From Nitrosopumilus sp. (GTDB lineage Archaea > Thermoproteota > Nitrososphaeria > Nitrososphaerales > Nitrosopumilaceae): 64,000 bases of DNA. Position 1 is the first letter of the stretch. Each line of letters begins with the position of its first letter. The notes under the pieces are model-generated. The model saw only the letters and a list, made by a program, of their open reading frames with translations. It was not told where the DNA came from and made no database searches. The DNA lies in assembly GCA_965223425.1 (NCBI GenBank), contig OZ245003.1:2368001-2432000 (forward strand). The letters are read 5' to 3'. This document shows, piece after piece, positions 37,398-47,383 of the stretch. The translations under genes and the position numbers were made by a program.

Positions 37398-38766
37398 CAG
37401 TAGTTCCCAGATGTAGATTTGCCGCAACCGCAACTGGCATCGGTTCTACTTGCCTCGATCATTGACAAACAACTCGTTTCTGCTTGTAATGTACACGATA
37501 AACAACGCCATGGTGAGTTTTTTTCCCGCAGAAGACACTCTTCCATGCCTCTTTCCCGCATCAAGGCAGAACCTGGCAATCCTCCACAGGTTGTACAGCA
37601 GCAGCGGCAGGTAAAACATCAGCAGCCTCACAGACAGGGAGTTGCTGCATGTCCTGCCCATGATCTCCTTTATGACGCGAAACCCCGTCTCGATGCCCCA
37701 TCTCTTGCGGTACTGCTCCGGTATGATGCCTGTCATGGCTCTGGCGCTCCTGATGGGAATGTTTGTTGCAAACGCAATGTATTGCTCCTCCTCCTCCTCT
37801 TCCCCCTCCTTTTTCTTCTTCTTCTTCCTGTCTCTTTTGACAATTACAAGGTTGTAGGTCACAGTTACGCCGTCTTTGTTGGTCATTGACTGCTGCGATA
37901 CCTGGCTTGCCTTTCCGTCCTTGTACATCTTGACTATCCTCTTGATCTTGGAGTTCATGATGACAGGCATAATGTAGCGGCACCCGCCCTTTCCTGCCTC
38001 TGTCATGCAGTCAACGTTGTAAAAGGCGCGGTCGTACAGGAACACAGTCTTTGAGTGTGCGCCCCCTCTGAGGATTTTCGTGCGTGTTTTGGCTATAAAA
38101 TCGGCCAGTTTTTCCTTTGCCGGCAGCAGCTGCGATTCCAGGACAATCTGCGAGGAGTCCCTGCCGACTCCGTGCACTGCGACATACGAGAGAAACGTGG
38201 ATGTTCCTGCCCTTGGACGCGACTTTCTTGTATGCTCCTGCAGCTGCTCCCCATGGTATGGTATGTCCGTAACGTCTATTGCAATGGCGTCGATGTCCTG
38301 CAGCATTCCTGTATGGCAGGCGTGCTGCACCGTGCGTGCCAGCGTCCTTGCACACCAGGCCTGCACGTCTGCCGGTTCGACGCCACGGACTGCAGACATG
38401 ACCAGGTCTGCGCCAGGCGTACGTGCACCCGTGTCTTGAAGCCTGCTGCGCCGTACGAGGGATTCTACAAACGTGTTTCTCTCAGACGCCCTGATTAGCA
38501 CGTCCAGTATGTCATTGCATCCGTATACGGCGTTGTGCCTCTCAGACATTGGCATGCCAAGCTTTTGAAACGACGAGCGCAAGATTTTAAACCGGTTTGA
38601 TGTTATATTGTACTGGCGTGCGATCAGATCGTCTTGTAATTCGACTTTCATGACATATTGCACGCCGTAGCCTAATCTGGATCTTTGCATTGCAGTTATG
38701 CGGTAACGCACCGGCATCTGGGCATAAACCTACATCTGGGCACAAATCTACATCTGGGAACTACTG
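37398..38766 (-). mobile_element. ISH3-like insertion sequence, intact copy (1369 bp)
   Basis: TIR CAGTAGTTCCCAGATGTAGATTTG; 4-bp TSD ATGT (37394-37397, 38767-38770). Confidence 0.93.
37446..38717 (-). CDS. ISH3-like DDE transposase (true start probably somewhat downstream)
   Basis: IAIDVT, LYDRAFY, FATN and YRKRWGIETGFR motifs. Confidence 0.92.
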   Translation of the reverse strand: MPVRYRITAMQRSRLGYGVQYVMKVELQDDLIARQYNITSNRFKILRSSFQKLGMPMSERHNAVYGCNDILDVLIRASERNTFVESLVRRSRLQDTGARTPGADLVMSAVRGVEPADVQAWCARTLARTVQHACHTGMLQDIDAIAIDVTDIPYHGEQLQEHTRKSRPRAGTSTFLSYVAVHGVGRDSSQIVLESQLLPAKEKLADFIAKTRTKILRGGAHSKTVFLYDRAFYNVDCMTEAGKGGCRYIMPVIMNSKIKRIVKMYKDGKASQVSQQSMTNKDGVTVTYNLVIVKRDRKKKKKKEGEEEEEEQYIAFATNIPIRSARAMTGIIPEQYRKRWGIETGFRVIKEIMGRTCSNSLSVRLLMFYLPLLLYNLWRIARFCLDAGKRHGRVSSAGKKLTMALFIVYITSRNELFVNDRGK

Positions 38767-39014
38767 ATGTGTCTGACAGAATCATGATGTTTGTAAGCTG
38801 TTCTGTTTTTGATTTTATGGTGTACTCACTTGTTATGCTCTGTTGCTCTTTGTGCTCGTGTAAAATAAACAACCGCTGCCTGAGAATCTCCATCCCGGAT
38901 ATGATATCCATGCAAGACAACTTCAAAAACAGGTAATTTAATTGGATAGAATTCAGATGCACTGGGTAAATGTTCAGTATTTTGTATACGCGAACCAGAA
39001 ATACCAGTATTTTG

Positions 39015-40280
39015 GGAGATTATGTGGCCAAAATCGGCCAGAACGGCCTCGACTTTTATTCAGACGAGAGGTGGCAGCAGGTCAAGGAGGCAGCGGAGGC
39101 GCACTCGTTCTTCCACTGGGATCTGGAGTTTCCCGACATATTTTATGGTACAGACGGCAAGCGGAAAAAGAATCCCGGGTTTGATGGTGTGGTTGGGAAT
39201 CCTCCGTATGGTGCAAAGATATCAAAAAAAGAACAGGAATATCACAAGACAAAACTATCAAAAGTGGGCAGTACAGATACCGCACAACTAATGATTCATG
39301 CAGCTTGCAATTTATTATCCAAGTTCGGACATCATGGATTCATTGTTCCAAAAGCATTGGTTTTTGCTTCAAATTGGAAAAAAATCAGAGAATTCATCAC
39401 AGATGATCTATCAATTCTGATGGATTGTAAAAAGGTATGGAAAGATGTTAAGCTTGAGCAAGTGATTTACATCTATGAAAACAATTATGAGAAAAAATCC
39501 TATCTTGCTGGATCACGAATTGGCCAAAATCTTGTAGCAGATACAGAAGTTAATAAAAAAGAATGCATTCCATTTGAGTTTCTAATTAGTGGCATTACAA
39601 GAGATGAGATCAAACTAGGACAGAAAATTTATGAAAAATCCCAGAAGCTAAAAAAATATATCAACAATAGTCGTGGGTGTATGCTACAAAGTAGATTAAA
39701 GAAAAACGGCAACAACAAAGTTATCGGTGGTGCTCAAATTCAGCGATATTATATTACAGAATGTTTGAAAGGCTATTTGGATACTAAAGACATAGACAGT
39801 GATAAAGCATATGTTAAGTGGAATTCAATTCTTGCACAAAGAATTGTTGCACATATTGACAGTCCAACAGATCATCTAAAAATCACTGCAACAATACCGC
39901 CAAATATTGATTTCGTTATATTAGATACAATAAATCAGATTACCGTGAATAAGATCAACCCACTGTATGTTTTGGGGCTTTTAAATTCTAAGATAGTAAA
40001 TTGGTACGCATACAGGTTTATTTTTGCCAAAGCAATTAGAACAATGCAGTTGGATAATCCTACAACTGACAGAATCCCAATTATTGTAAACGAAGAAAAA
40101 GCAGTGATTGATAGGGTAAAAAAATTACTCAAATTATACTCTGTGAAATACCAGAATAAATCAACAGAAAACTACCCAAGCATAACAACCGAAGAAAATA
40201 AGCTGAATCATTTATTCTATAAAATATTTAGTTTAACGAGTGATGAAATTTCAATGGTAGAAGAATCAACTCCTAGGTGA
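39015..40280 (+). other. Second silent cassette: MTase motif IV half plus a different TRD
   Basis: Begins abruptly at GDYVAKIG (shared with the main gene); has GNPPY but no motif I; frame open to stop 40280; TRD much more divergent from the other two. Confidence 0.82.
39018..39209 (+). repeat. Diverged inverted repeat copy R2b
   Basis: Reverse-complement homologue of 29934-30125. Confidence 0.88.
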
Positions 40281-40468
40281 TTTCAGATAACAAGTTTGCG
40301 ATGATCTAAACTGTCTAAAATAAAAAAAGGGTAAGTGTTTAGGTTCATGCGTAAAATTACTCATTATGGTGTTGTGATAAGCGTGAAAATTCAAGGATCT
40401 AAACACGCACAAAAAAGGTACCTATTTTTAGTCTGTTTGAGAGCATATTTAGATTAACTGATGAAACT

Positions 40469-41626
40469 TTAGAATAGTTTTTTCTGAAATCTTGGTTCTA
40501 GATGTTTTTTAACAACGGTATCCATATCATGCTTATCTTTCAAATAATCTCTAACAGAATTAGAATCAATATTATCATGAAGATTTTTGAATTCGGATCG
40601 TGTTCTTACATTTTCGTGTACCCTTGAAAGATATTTTGGTCGGTTATTTTTCCAATCTGATTCTGTTAGAGTATTGGTTGACATTTTTTCAAATAATTCT
40701 TCTAGTTTAGGATCTCTGAAAAATACCTGTTTTTCTTGTTGTGCATCAAATTTGTTGCTTTGCGGTTCGACTATGGGAGTAACTAGATCGTTTTTGCAGA
40801 ACAGTCTGATTTTTTTGTTAATATTTCCAGCCCTGCCCCCACTTCCAGTGTACCCTTCTACTACAAGATCAGCTGTGAAAAATGATCCATAGTGAGGAGC
40901 AGACACATTGTAATTTGCTTCGCTGTATAGGGCTCTTGGGACATCAACCATTGTTATTGCTTGCTTTTTTTTGTCATGTATAGTTTCAAAATTATCCATA
41001 ATATGATCATAGGCTTTGTTTGCACTAGGATATTGAGCAAATTTCAGTGCGATAAGAGGAATATCTCTATTACCAATTTTTAGACAGTTATCAACTTGTT
41101 TTTCAAAAATTGAGGTTTCTTCCTTGAGATCTATAACAGGAATTAGTTGCAGTCCTTGCTTAGTAACTTGGGCATTCATCTCAATTACATTATCTACAGT
41201 AGGGAGAACGATGGATTCTAAACTTAGTTGATTTGCCAAGTTACAAAAGAATCTAATGTAATCAATCCTTTTTTTTCTGGTGTCAAGTTGTTCCATGCTT
41301 AGAGTGGTTAATGAGGGATAAAGTAAAGTCAATGAATCAGGATCTATTCTGTTCTGAATTGATTTGAATTTGTTTAGTACTTCTCCCAAATAACCATTCT
41401 TTGTTAAAACGTCATTCAGTTTGCCAGGATTTAGGCTCTCTTGAATCATAAAGGATTTTGAAGACCTAGTGAGCGGAATGTCTGCCCCAATCTCGTTTTT
41501 AGCATTTAGATCATACCTGTTTACTAATCTGTTTGGAGTATCGATCGTTCCATTTGTGTGTCTTATTGTAAGAGTGGAGAGGTCATTGAAATTGTCTCGA
41601 GAGTGTGGAACTACAGAAATTACCAT
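40469..41626 (-). CDS. Hypothetical alpha/beta protein, possibly TIM-barrel/TGT-like
   Basis: ATG at 41626 overlaps the upstream stop; LTIRHTNGTIDTP resembles the TGT N-terminal motif (weak). Confidence 0.6.
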   Translation of the reverse strand: MVISVVPHSRDNFNDLSTLTIRHTNGTIDTPNRLVNRYDLNAKNEIGADIPLTRSSKSFMIQESLNPGKLNDVLTKNGYLGEVLNKFKSIQNRIDPDSLTLLYPSLTTLSMEQLDTRKKRIDYIRFFCNLANQLSLESIVLPTVDNVIEMNAQVTKQGLQLIPVIDLKEETSIFEKQVDNCLKIGNRDIPLIALKFAQYPSANKAYDHIMDNFETIHDKKKQAITMVDVPRALYSEANYNVSAPHYGSFFTADLVVEGYTGSGGRAGNINKKIRLFCKNDLVTPIVEPQSNKFDAQQEKQVFFRDPKLEELFEKMSTNTLTESDWKNNRPKYLSRVHENVRTRSEFKNLHDNIDSNSVRDYLKDKHDMDTVVKKHLEPRFQKKLF

Positions 41627-42117
41627 CTGAGATAAGGCACCTTTGTTTCCACTGTGTACTCTGGATAATTTCGATAAACGAACTTCATTATTCCTTGTGT
41701 TGTCCATTCATCCCAATCAGATTTTTTATCTGTTAATTCTTCGAGATCAATGTCTAGTCTCTTTAGTTTTTTAGAAATCGTCCGTTTTCCTGAAGGAGTA
41801 ATAAAATATTGCACACCTTCTCCTTTTCCAGATTTTATTCTAATAAACCCCGAGTTTTTTAGAACCATAATGGAATCCTTGACTGTTTTGCTATATGCCC
41901 CAAATTTATAGGGAAAAAATCCAGGATCTGCCGTGTCTTTTTTAAATAGTGTTTTCCAAGCGAGAAAAACCTGTTTTTGTAATTTTGTGGTGCCTTTTAC
42001 TGGAGATATTGATAATAGCATGAGTGCCAAGTCGCTTCCTAAAAGCAACTCGTCCATTTTCTGGAAGTTATTCAAACTTCCGCTCGTGAACTGAATAGCT
42101 TCTAATTTTCTGGACAT
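41620..42117 (-). CDS. Winged-helix YwgA/SocA (Panacea)-like protein
   Basis: GTTKLQKQVFL, FFPYKFGAYS, YFITPSG and FVYRNYPE motifs. Confidence 0.7.
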   Translation of the reverse strand: MSRKLEAIQFTSGSLNNFQKMDELLLGSDLALMLLSISPVKGTTKLQKQVFLAWKTLFKKDTADPGFFPYKFGAYSKTVKDSIMVLKNSGFIRIKSGKGEGVQYFITPSGKRTISKKLKRLDIDLEELTDKKSDWDEWTTQGIMKFVYRNYPEYTVETKVPYLRW

Positions 42118-42668
42118 GTTATTCTATTTCCTCCATATGATAGCCTTAGATAGATCTCATTCTTAATCGAGTCCACAATAACCCAACACATAATTCCTAC
42201 TCCGTGTTTTAGTGAGATTGTAATTTTTTTGCCCATGTGTTCATCTTTACATGGATTCAAACCATCAATCGACCATTTGTTGTAAATTTTATCCAAGCAG
42301 TTTTTAATACATTCAATTAATTTGATCATATCTACTTCTTCATATTGAACACTTTTCAGATGGGTTGCAAGTACATAAGGAATAATGACTCGTTTTGAAG
42401 AATCAGAGTGAATTGCTTCTAAAGGAGGTGTAGGATTGTTTGGATCTGCGGCATCAAGATTTCTACAAATAATACAGAATTTAGTAGTGTAAGTAGAATT
42501 AAATTCGTTTGTTCTTGTGATTGAACCTAAAGATCCCCTAAATTTTTCGTATGAAACCTCGGGTCTGAATTGATTATTTCTGATATTCCTGAATACTCGT
42601 TGTAAATTTTCTAGTTGGTTACTTCCACAAAATCTACAAAATATTTCAGCCAAAGTATTTCTTTTCAA
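42102..42668 (-). CDS. Hypothetical Cys-containing protein
   Basis: 188 aa; CRFC and CIIC motifs; overlaps the downstream gene. Confidence 0.55.
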   Translation of the reverse strand: MKRNTLAEIFCRFCGSNQLENLQRVFRNIRNNQFRPEVSYEKFRGSLGSITRTNEFNSTYTTKFCIICRNLDAADPNNPTPPLEAIHSDSSKRVIIPYVLATHLKSVQYEEVDMIKLIECIKNCLDKIYNKWSIDGLNPCKDEHMGKKITISLKHGVGIMCWVIVDSIKNEIYLRLSYGGNRITCPEN

Positions 42669-42974
42669 AGTATTACAATGATATAATTAAACAGGTTGGG
42701 TTGGAAACGCACATTTCTTATGATGCTATTCCGTTCACATACAAATACCTAGAAAAGATTGGAAATTCTGCAAAGATCAAGTCTGTCCTCCGTTATGTAG
42801 ACCAAAATTTTCAATCGCCTTCTCAATCCTCTTGATTAGTTCAATTTGTTCCTGTCTCACCACTCAACAATATGGAAGAGACTCGTTTTAATATGTTTAT
42901 AAAAAAATGGTAGGGATATTGTAGGCGTCCCAATCGCCTTCTGCCGTCGTTTGCCAAAGGTATCCGCACCCACA

Positions 42975-42999
42975 GTGGGCTCCGCTCCCATCCGGTCCA
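42975..42999 (+). other. tRNA-Ala-like 3' half relic (putative att site)
   Basis: GTGGG-CTCCGCT-CCCAT-CCGGTCC-A: T-stem, degenerate loop and acceptor 3' strand with U70; just upstream of an integrase. Confidence 0.5.
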
Positions 43000-43043
43000 T
43001 TACCCTTAGAGTGCTTAAATTAGATTCTAGGCATGGAAAACGT

Positions 43044-43694
43044 ATGTTAAAAATTGATTTGAAGACAATATCTCAGGACGGTATCCCCTATGAAAAGTTT
43101 CTTGACGGCATAAAAAATGCTGGAACAAAAAGACACTATACAAAATACCTGCAACGATTTCTTGGAGAGATACCACCAAGTCTTTACGAGGAATTGAACA
43201 GTAAAATTCCAAATGAGACTGTAGAGTCACAAGCTGAATGTTTTGTGTTGTTGTGCAAGTCTCACAGCATAATTGGTACCAACATTATTTCTGAATACAT
43301 CAAACATTATGTCAAACTAGTAGAACAGGGCAGTATTAGTCCCAACACAATTCCAAACTATATCAAGCCAATCAAAGTTTTACTTGATACAAACGATGCC
43401 GCACTGCATTGGAAGCGTTTGTATCACCTGTATCCAAGACCTGTAAACTCTCAAGACAGGGCGTACACCAGAGAAGAGATCCAAAAGATGCTGTCACTTG
43501 CACATGACCTTACAGACAAGGTAATTTTGACCATGTTTTCTTCTGCAGGGTTTAGACTAGAGTCATGGGATTACTTTACGTGGCAGGATGTAGTTTTTTT
43601 CAGACACGAGGATGATACATTCAAAGGAGCAGCACTGCTGGTGTATCGCGGAGACCCTGAAAGCTACTGGACATTTATCACACCGGAGGCATGT
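43044..43694 (+). pseudogene. Tyrosine integrase, N-terminal part, truncated by an IS
   Basis: DRAYTREEI, SAGFRLE and YWTFITPEA, then IS TIR at 43695; HxxR and Tyr region absent. Confidence 0.85.
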
Positions 43695-45164
43695 CAGTAG
43701 TTCCCAGATGTATGCTTGTGCCCAGATGTATGCTTGTGCCCAGATGTCGGTGTGTTATCGCATATTGCAATGCAAAGATCCAGATTAGGTTATGGTGTGC
43801 AAGATGTCGTGAGCCTTCAAACACACGACGATCTGATCGCACACCAGTACGACATAGCATCAAACCGGTTTAAAATCCTGCGCTCGTCGTTTCAAAAGCT
43901 TGGCATGCCAATGTCTGAGAGGCACAACGCCGTATACGGATGCGGCGACATACTGGACGTGCTAATCAGGGCGTCTGAGAGAAACACGTTTGTAGAATCC
44001 CTCGTACGGCGCAGCAGGCTTCAAGACACGGGCGCACGTACGCCTGACGCAGACCTGGTCATGTCTGCAGTCCGTGGCGTCGAACCGGCAGACATGCAGA
44101 GCTGGTGTGCAAGGACGCTGGCACGCACGGTGCGGCACGCCGGCCGTGCAGGAATGCTGCAGGACATCGACGCCATTGCAATAGACGTTACGGACACGCC
44201 ATACCATGGGGAGCAGCTGCAGGGGCATACAAGAAAGTCGCGTCCAAAGGCAGGAACATCCACGTTTCTCTCGTATGTCGCAGTGCACGGAGTCGGCAGG
44301 GACTCCTCGCAGGTTGTCCCAGAGTCGAAGCTGCTGCCGGCAAAGGAGAAACTGGCCGATTTTATGGCCAAAACACGCACGAAAGTCCTCAGAGGGGGGG
44401 CGCACACTCAAAGACTGTGTTCCTGTACGACCGCGCCTTTTACAGCGCTGACTGCATGACAGAGGCAGGAAAGGGCGGGTGCCGCTATATCATGCCTGTC
44501 ATCATGAACTCCAAGATCAGGAGGACAGTCAGGCTGTACGAGGACGGAAAGGCAAGCCAGGTATCGCAGCAGTCAATGACCAACAAGGACGGCGTAACTG
44601 TGACCTACAACCTTGTAATTGTCAAAAGAGACAGGAAGAAGAAGAAGAAAAAAGGGGAGGGGGAAGAGGAGGAGGAGCAATACATTGCGTTTGCAACAAA
44701 CAGACCTTATGCATAATCGATCAAACTAATATTGCGAGATGATTTTTGCCTTAGTAAACCAATTTGATTTTGAATTTTTAGTCGATTACGCATAAGGTCT
44801 AACATTCCCATCAGGAGCGCCAGAGCCATGACAGGCATCATACCGGAGCAGTACCGCAAGATGGGGCATCGAGACGGGGTTTCGCGTCATAAAGGAAATC
44901 ATGGGCAGGACATGCAGCAGCTCCCTGTCTGTGAGGCCGCTGATGTTTTACCTGCCGCTGCTACTGTACAACCTGTGGAGGATTGCCAGGTTCTGCCCTG
45001 ATGCAGGAAAGAGGCATGGAAGAGTGTCTTCTGCGGGAAAAAAACTTACCATGATGCTGTTTATCGCGCATATTACAAGCAGGAACGAGTTGTTTGTCAA
45101 TGATCGAGGCAGGTAGAACCGATGCCAGTTGTGGTTGCGGTAAATCTACATCTGGGAACTACTG
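43695..45164 (+). mobile_element. Second, degenerate copy of the ISH3-like IS
   Basis: Same TIRs as 37398-38766; frameshifts (G7 vs G5 at ~44394, AG loss at ~44860) and a MITE insertion; flanks ATGT/ACAT are not a direct repeat. Confidence 0.92.
44702..44800. mobile_element. MITE, 99 bp, nested in the IS
   Basis: TIR AGACCTTATGC(A/G)TAATCGA; 3-bp TSD AAC; empty site in the intact IS copy. Confidence 0.92.
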
Positions 45165-45209
45165 ACATACATTATAAAATGAATTTTTATAAAAAATTTA
45201 TTTTAAAAA

Positions 45210-46199
45210 TTAGTTATTATAAAAATAATCCTCATCAATTTTCTTTATTTTGTAAGTATCTTCTACATTAACTCCTATATTGTAATCATACATGTACTTA
45301 GATAATTTTTCCCCATTAATTAGAATAATCTTGATTTCGATATCTTTTATATACTCATATGTATCATTTGAAAAATCAGACGACGAAATGAAAATTCCTT
45401 TTTTGGATTTTTTGCTCATTAATGCCCCTGCAAAATCTCTAATTTGATGAATAGGTACGGCTCCTTTCCATCTTTTTGCTTGAAAATAAATCTCATCAAG
45501 TCCTAATTTATCTTCTTTAATTACACCATCAACTCCACCATCCCCTGTTCGACCTAAAACTTCATGATCAATCCCATATCCCATTTTTTTAATTAATTCT
45601 AATACTAAACGTTCAAAAAATTCGGGAGTATTTTTATTTATTTTTTCAAGTAATTCATTTTCAACATTTCTTCTAATACTATCATGCCCTGAAATGATCA
45701 TATCCTCAGGGGATTGTTCAGAAATTTCTACTATTTCGTCTTGTGAACATTCTTTTCTTTTTTCAATCATCTTGTTGTAGAATTCTTGATATTTTGGAAT
45801 AGTATCTAACAAAAAGTTTCTATCAATTTTTTGTGGATTTTTTTCCAGTATTCTCTTTCCATCCTCAGTTATTGATACAATACTTTTTTTTTGATTTACA
45901 AGTCCAGCTTTTTTCAGTTCAAATGCTGCCCATCCTACTCTATTTTCAAATAACGTTTGACCACCACTAGGTTTGAGCTGATTTCGTTCTTCATTTGTTA
46001 GATTAAACTGATCTGCAAGAATTTTTTTTAATTCATTACGATGAAATTCTTGTCCGTCTCTACAAATTTTCAACATTGGCAACATCAATTTTTGATATTT
46101 AGGAATCATGACATGTGTTATTTTATTTCTTACTTTTAAATATTGATTTGAAAACAGTAGCTGGGATTGTACATTTTGGACATAGGCAAAACTGATCAT
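45210..46199 (-). CDS. mrr: Mrr-family (type IV) restriction endonuclease (start likely ~46110)
   Basis: IPKYQ, FENRVGWA, FFERLV, GDGGVDG, FQAKRW and LINGEKL motifs. Confidence 0.92.
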   Translation of the reverse strand: MISFAYVQNVQSQLLFSNQYLKVRNKITHVMIPKYQKLMLPMLKICRDGQEFHRNELKKILADQFNLTNEERNQLKPSGGQTLFENRVGWAAFELKKAGLVNQKKSIVSITEDGKRILEKNPQKIDRNFLLDTIPKYQEFYNKMIEKRKECSQDEIVEISEQSPEDMIISGHDSIRRNVENELLEKINKNTPEFFERLVLELIKKMGYGIDHEVLGRTGDGGVDGVIKEDKLGLDEIYFQAKRWKGAVPIHQIRDFAGALMSKKSKKGIFISSSDFSNDTYEYIKDIEIKIILINGEKLSKYMYDYNIGVNVEDTYKIKKIDEDYFYNN

Positions 46200-46369
46200 T
46201 TTAAGAACAAAACACGATCAACCAGATCCAAATACATGATGCTCACCCAGGTGGTCATCGCCTACCGGATGACTGGTGGACTGCTTTGGAATGGTACAAT
46301 CCCAACTACTGGATTATTAGACAGAATCAATAAGAGGCAATTATAAATCTACTATTGTGATTATGGCTA

Positions 46370-47383
46370 TTACGGTTGAGTTTTTTCTAGAATGTATACA
46401 TCTACTTCAGGTATAGTCATGGTGTTTCCAAAAATTGTGTCATGTTCCCTTAGGCCAGTAAAGATGCCCCATATTTTAACACTGTCTGGATCCTGGCTGA
46501 ATGGGTTCAGTGTTTTCTCAAGCTCCTCAACCCATTGTCTCTCCTTGTCTGTATTTGGATCAAAGTTGGACCATATCGAATCGGTTGCAAACGGTTGGTC
46601 AGATACCTGTACCCTTAACACATACGAATTGAAGTTATTCAGCACCTGTTCTATGTCCCCCTCGTAGTGTATTATCTCGCCTTTGTATCTCTCGCTCTCC
46701 TCCATGAGTGATGCGTGTGGGATGGTGGGCGCACTCTGTTTTATCTGATCGTCTGTCATGTCAGTTACCGATACCCTTGAGCCTTCAAATTCGTAGTACA
46801 CAGATCCAAGCAGACTTGCCAGCAGCAGGATTGGCATGACAGATAGAACGGCACCCAGGATGAGTGTCTTGCGGGCCCTTGGAGGATCTTGTTTTCTAAG
46901 GCAAAAATACGATATTGCACCGCCTATTATGGAAAAAAATATCGGCAAGAGGTACCACGCCGCACTTGACTGGCGTGGTTGGTTTATGATAACGATGTTC
47001 TTGTCCCTGCTGGCATCAGACGGAATTGGATCTTGTGGTGCCTGTGCGTGTATCGCGGGTGAAGGGTCTGTTTCTGGCCCCTGTCTGGAGGGCTCGTCGC
47101 TTGGTGTTTTGTCTGTTTTCACATGATCATGATTTTGTATGTCATGTTTTGATACGTTTCCAGATATCCTGCTTTTTAGGCTCTCAAGGTACTTCCTGTC
47201 CGAATCATACAAGTCTTTTCCGTTTTGAAGCATGGACTTTATGTGGTCAAGCCTTCCTGTATCACCTATGTCAAGTCTGAGAAGTGCCTCAACATCTGCA
47301 ACGGCATCAGAATCCAAGTCGAACAAGGTATTCCAGTTTGTTATTTTAACCTTGGCAGGTATTTGCCGGAAATCTCTACGCAC
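46370..47383 (-). CDS. Membrane-anchored protein, paralogous N-terminus with 47341..48549
   Basis: IGDTGRL, WYLLPIFFSIIGG and DPPRARKTL shared; possible OB-like C-terminus. Confidence 0.7.
   Translation of the reverse strand: MRRDFRQIPAKVKITNWNTLFDLDSDAVADVEALLRLDIGDTGRLDHIKSMLQNGKDLYDSDRKYLESLKSRISGNVSKHDIQNHDHVKTDKTPSDEPSRQGPETDPSPAIHAQAPQDPIPSDASRDKNIVIINQPRQSSAAWYLLPIFFSIIGGAISYFCLRKQDPPRARKTLILGAVLSVMPILLLASLLGSVYYEFEGSRVSVTDMTDDQIKQSAPTIPHASLMEESERYKGEIIHYEGDIEQVLNNFNSYVLRVQVSDQPFATDSIWSNFDPNTDKERQWVEELEKTLNPFSQDPDSVKIWGIFTGLREHDTIFGNTMTIPEVDVYILEKTQP

Larger units (their letters stand above)
36636..38910 (-). pseudogene. Membrane protein gene split by the ISH3-like IS
   Basis: Removing the IS and one ATGT rejoins ...NIMILSDT|FLPNLMVQ... 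in frame; three C-terminal hydrophobic segments. Confidence 0.8.

Noticed and set aside
37786-37830. Simple-sequence (AAG)n/(GAG)n contingency locus
   Set aside because: In-frame Lys/Glu linker of the transposase, present in both copies
43695-43748. CRISPR or coding tandem repeat (VPRCMLVPRC ORFs)
   Set aside because: These are IS subterminal repeats; the ORFs over them are shadows
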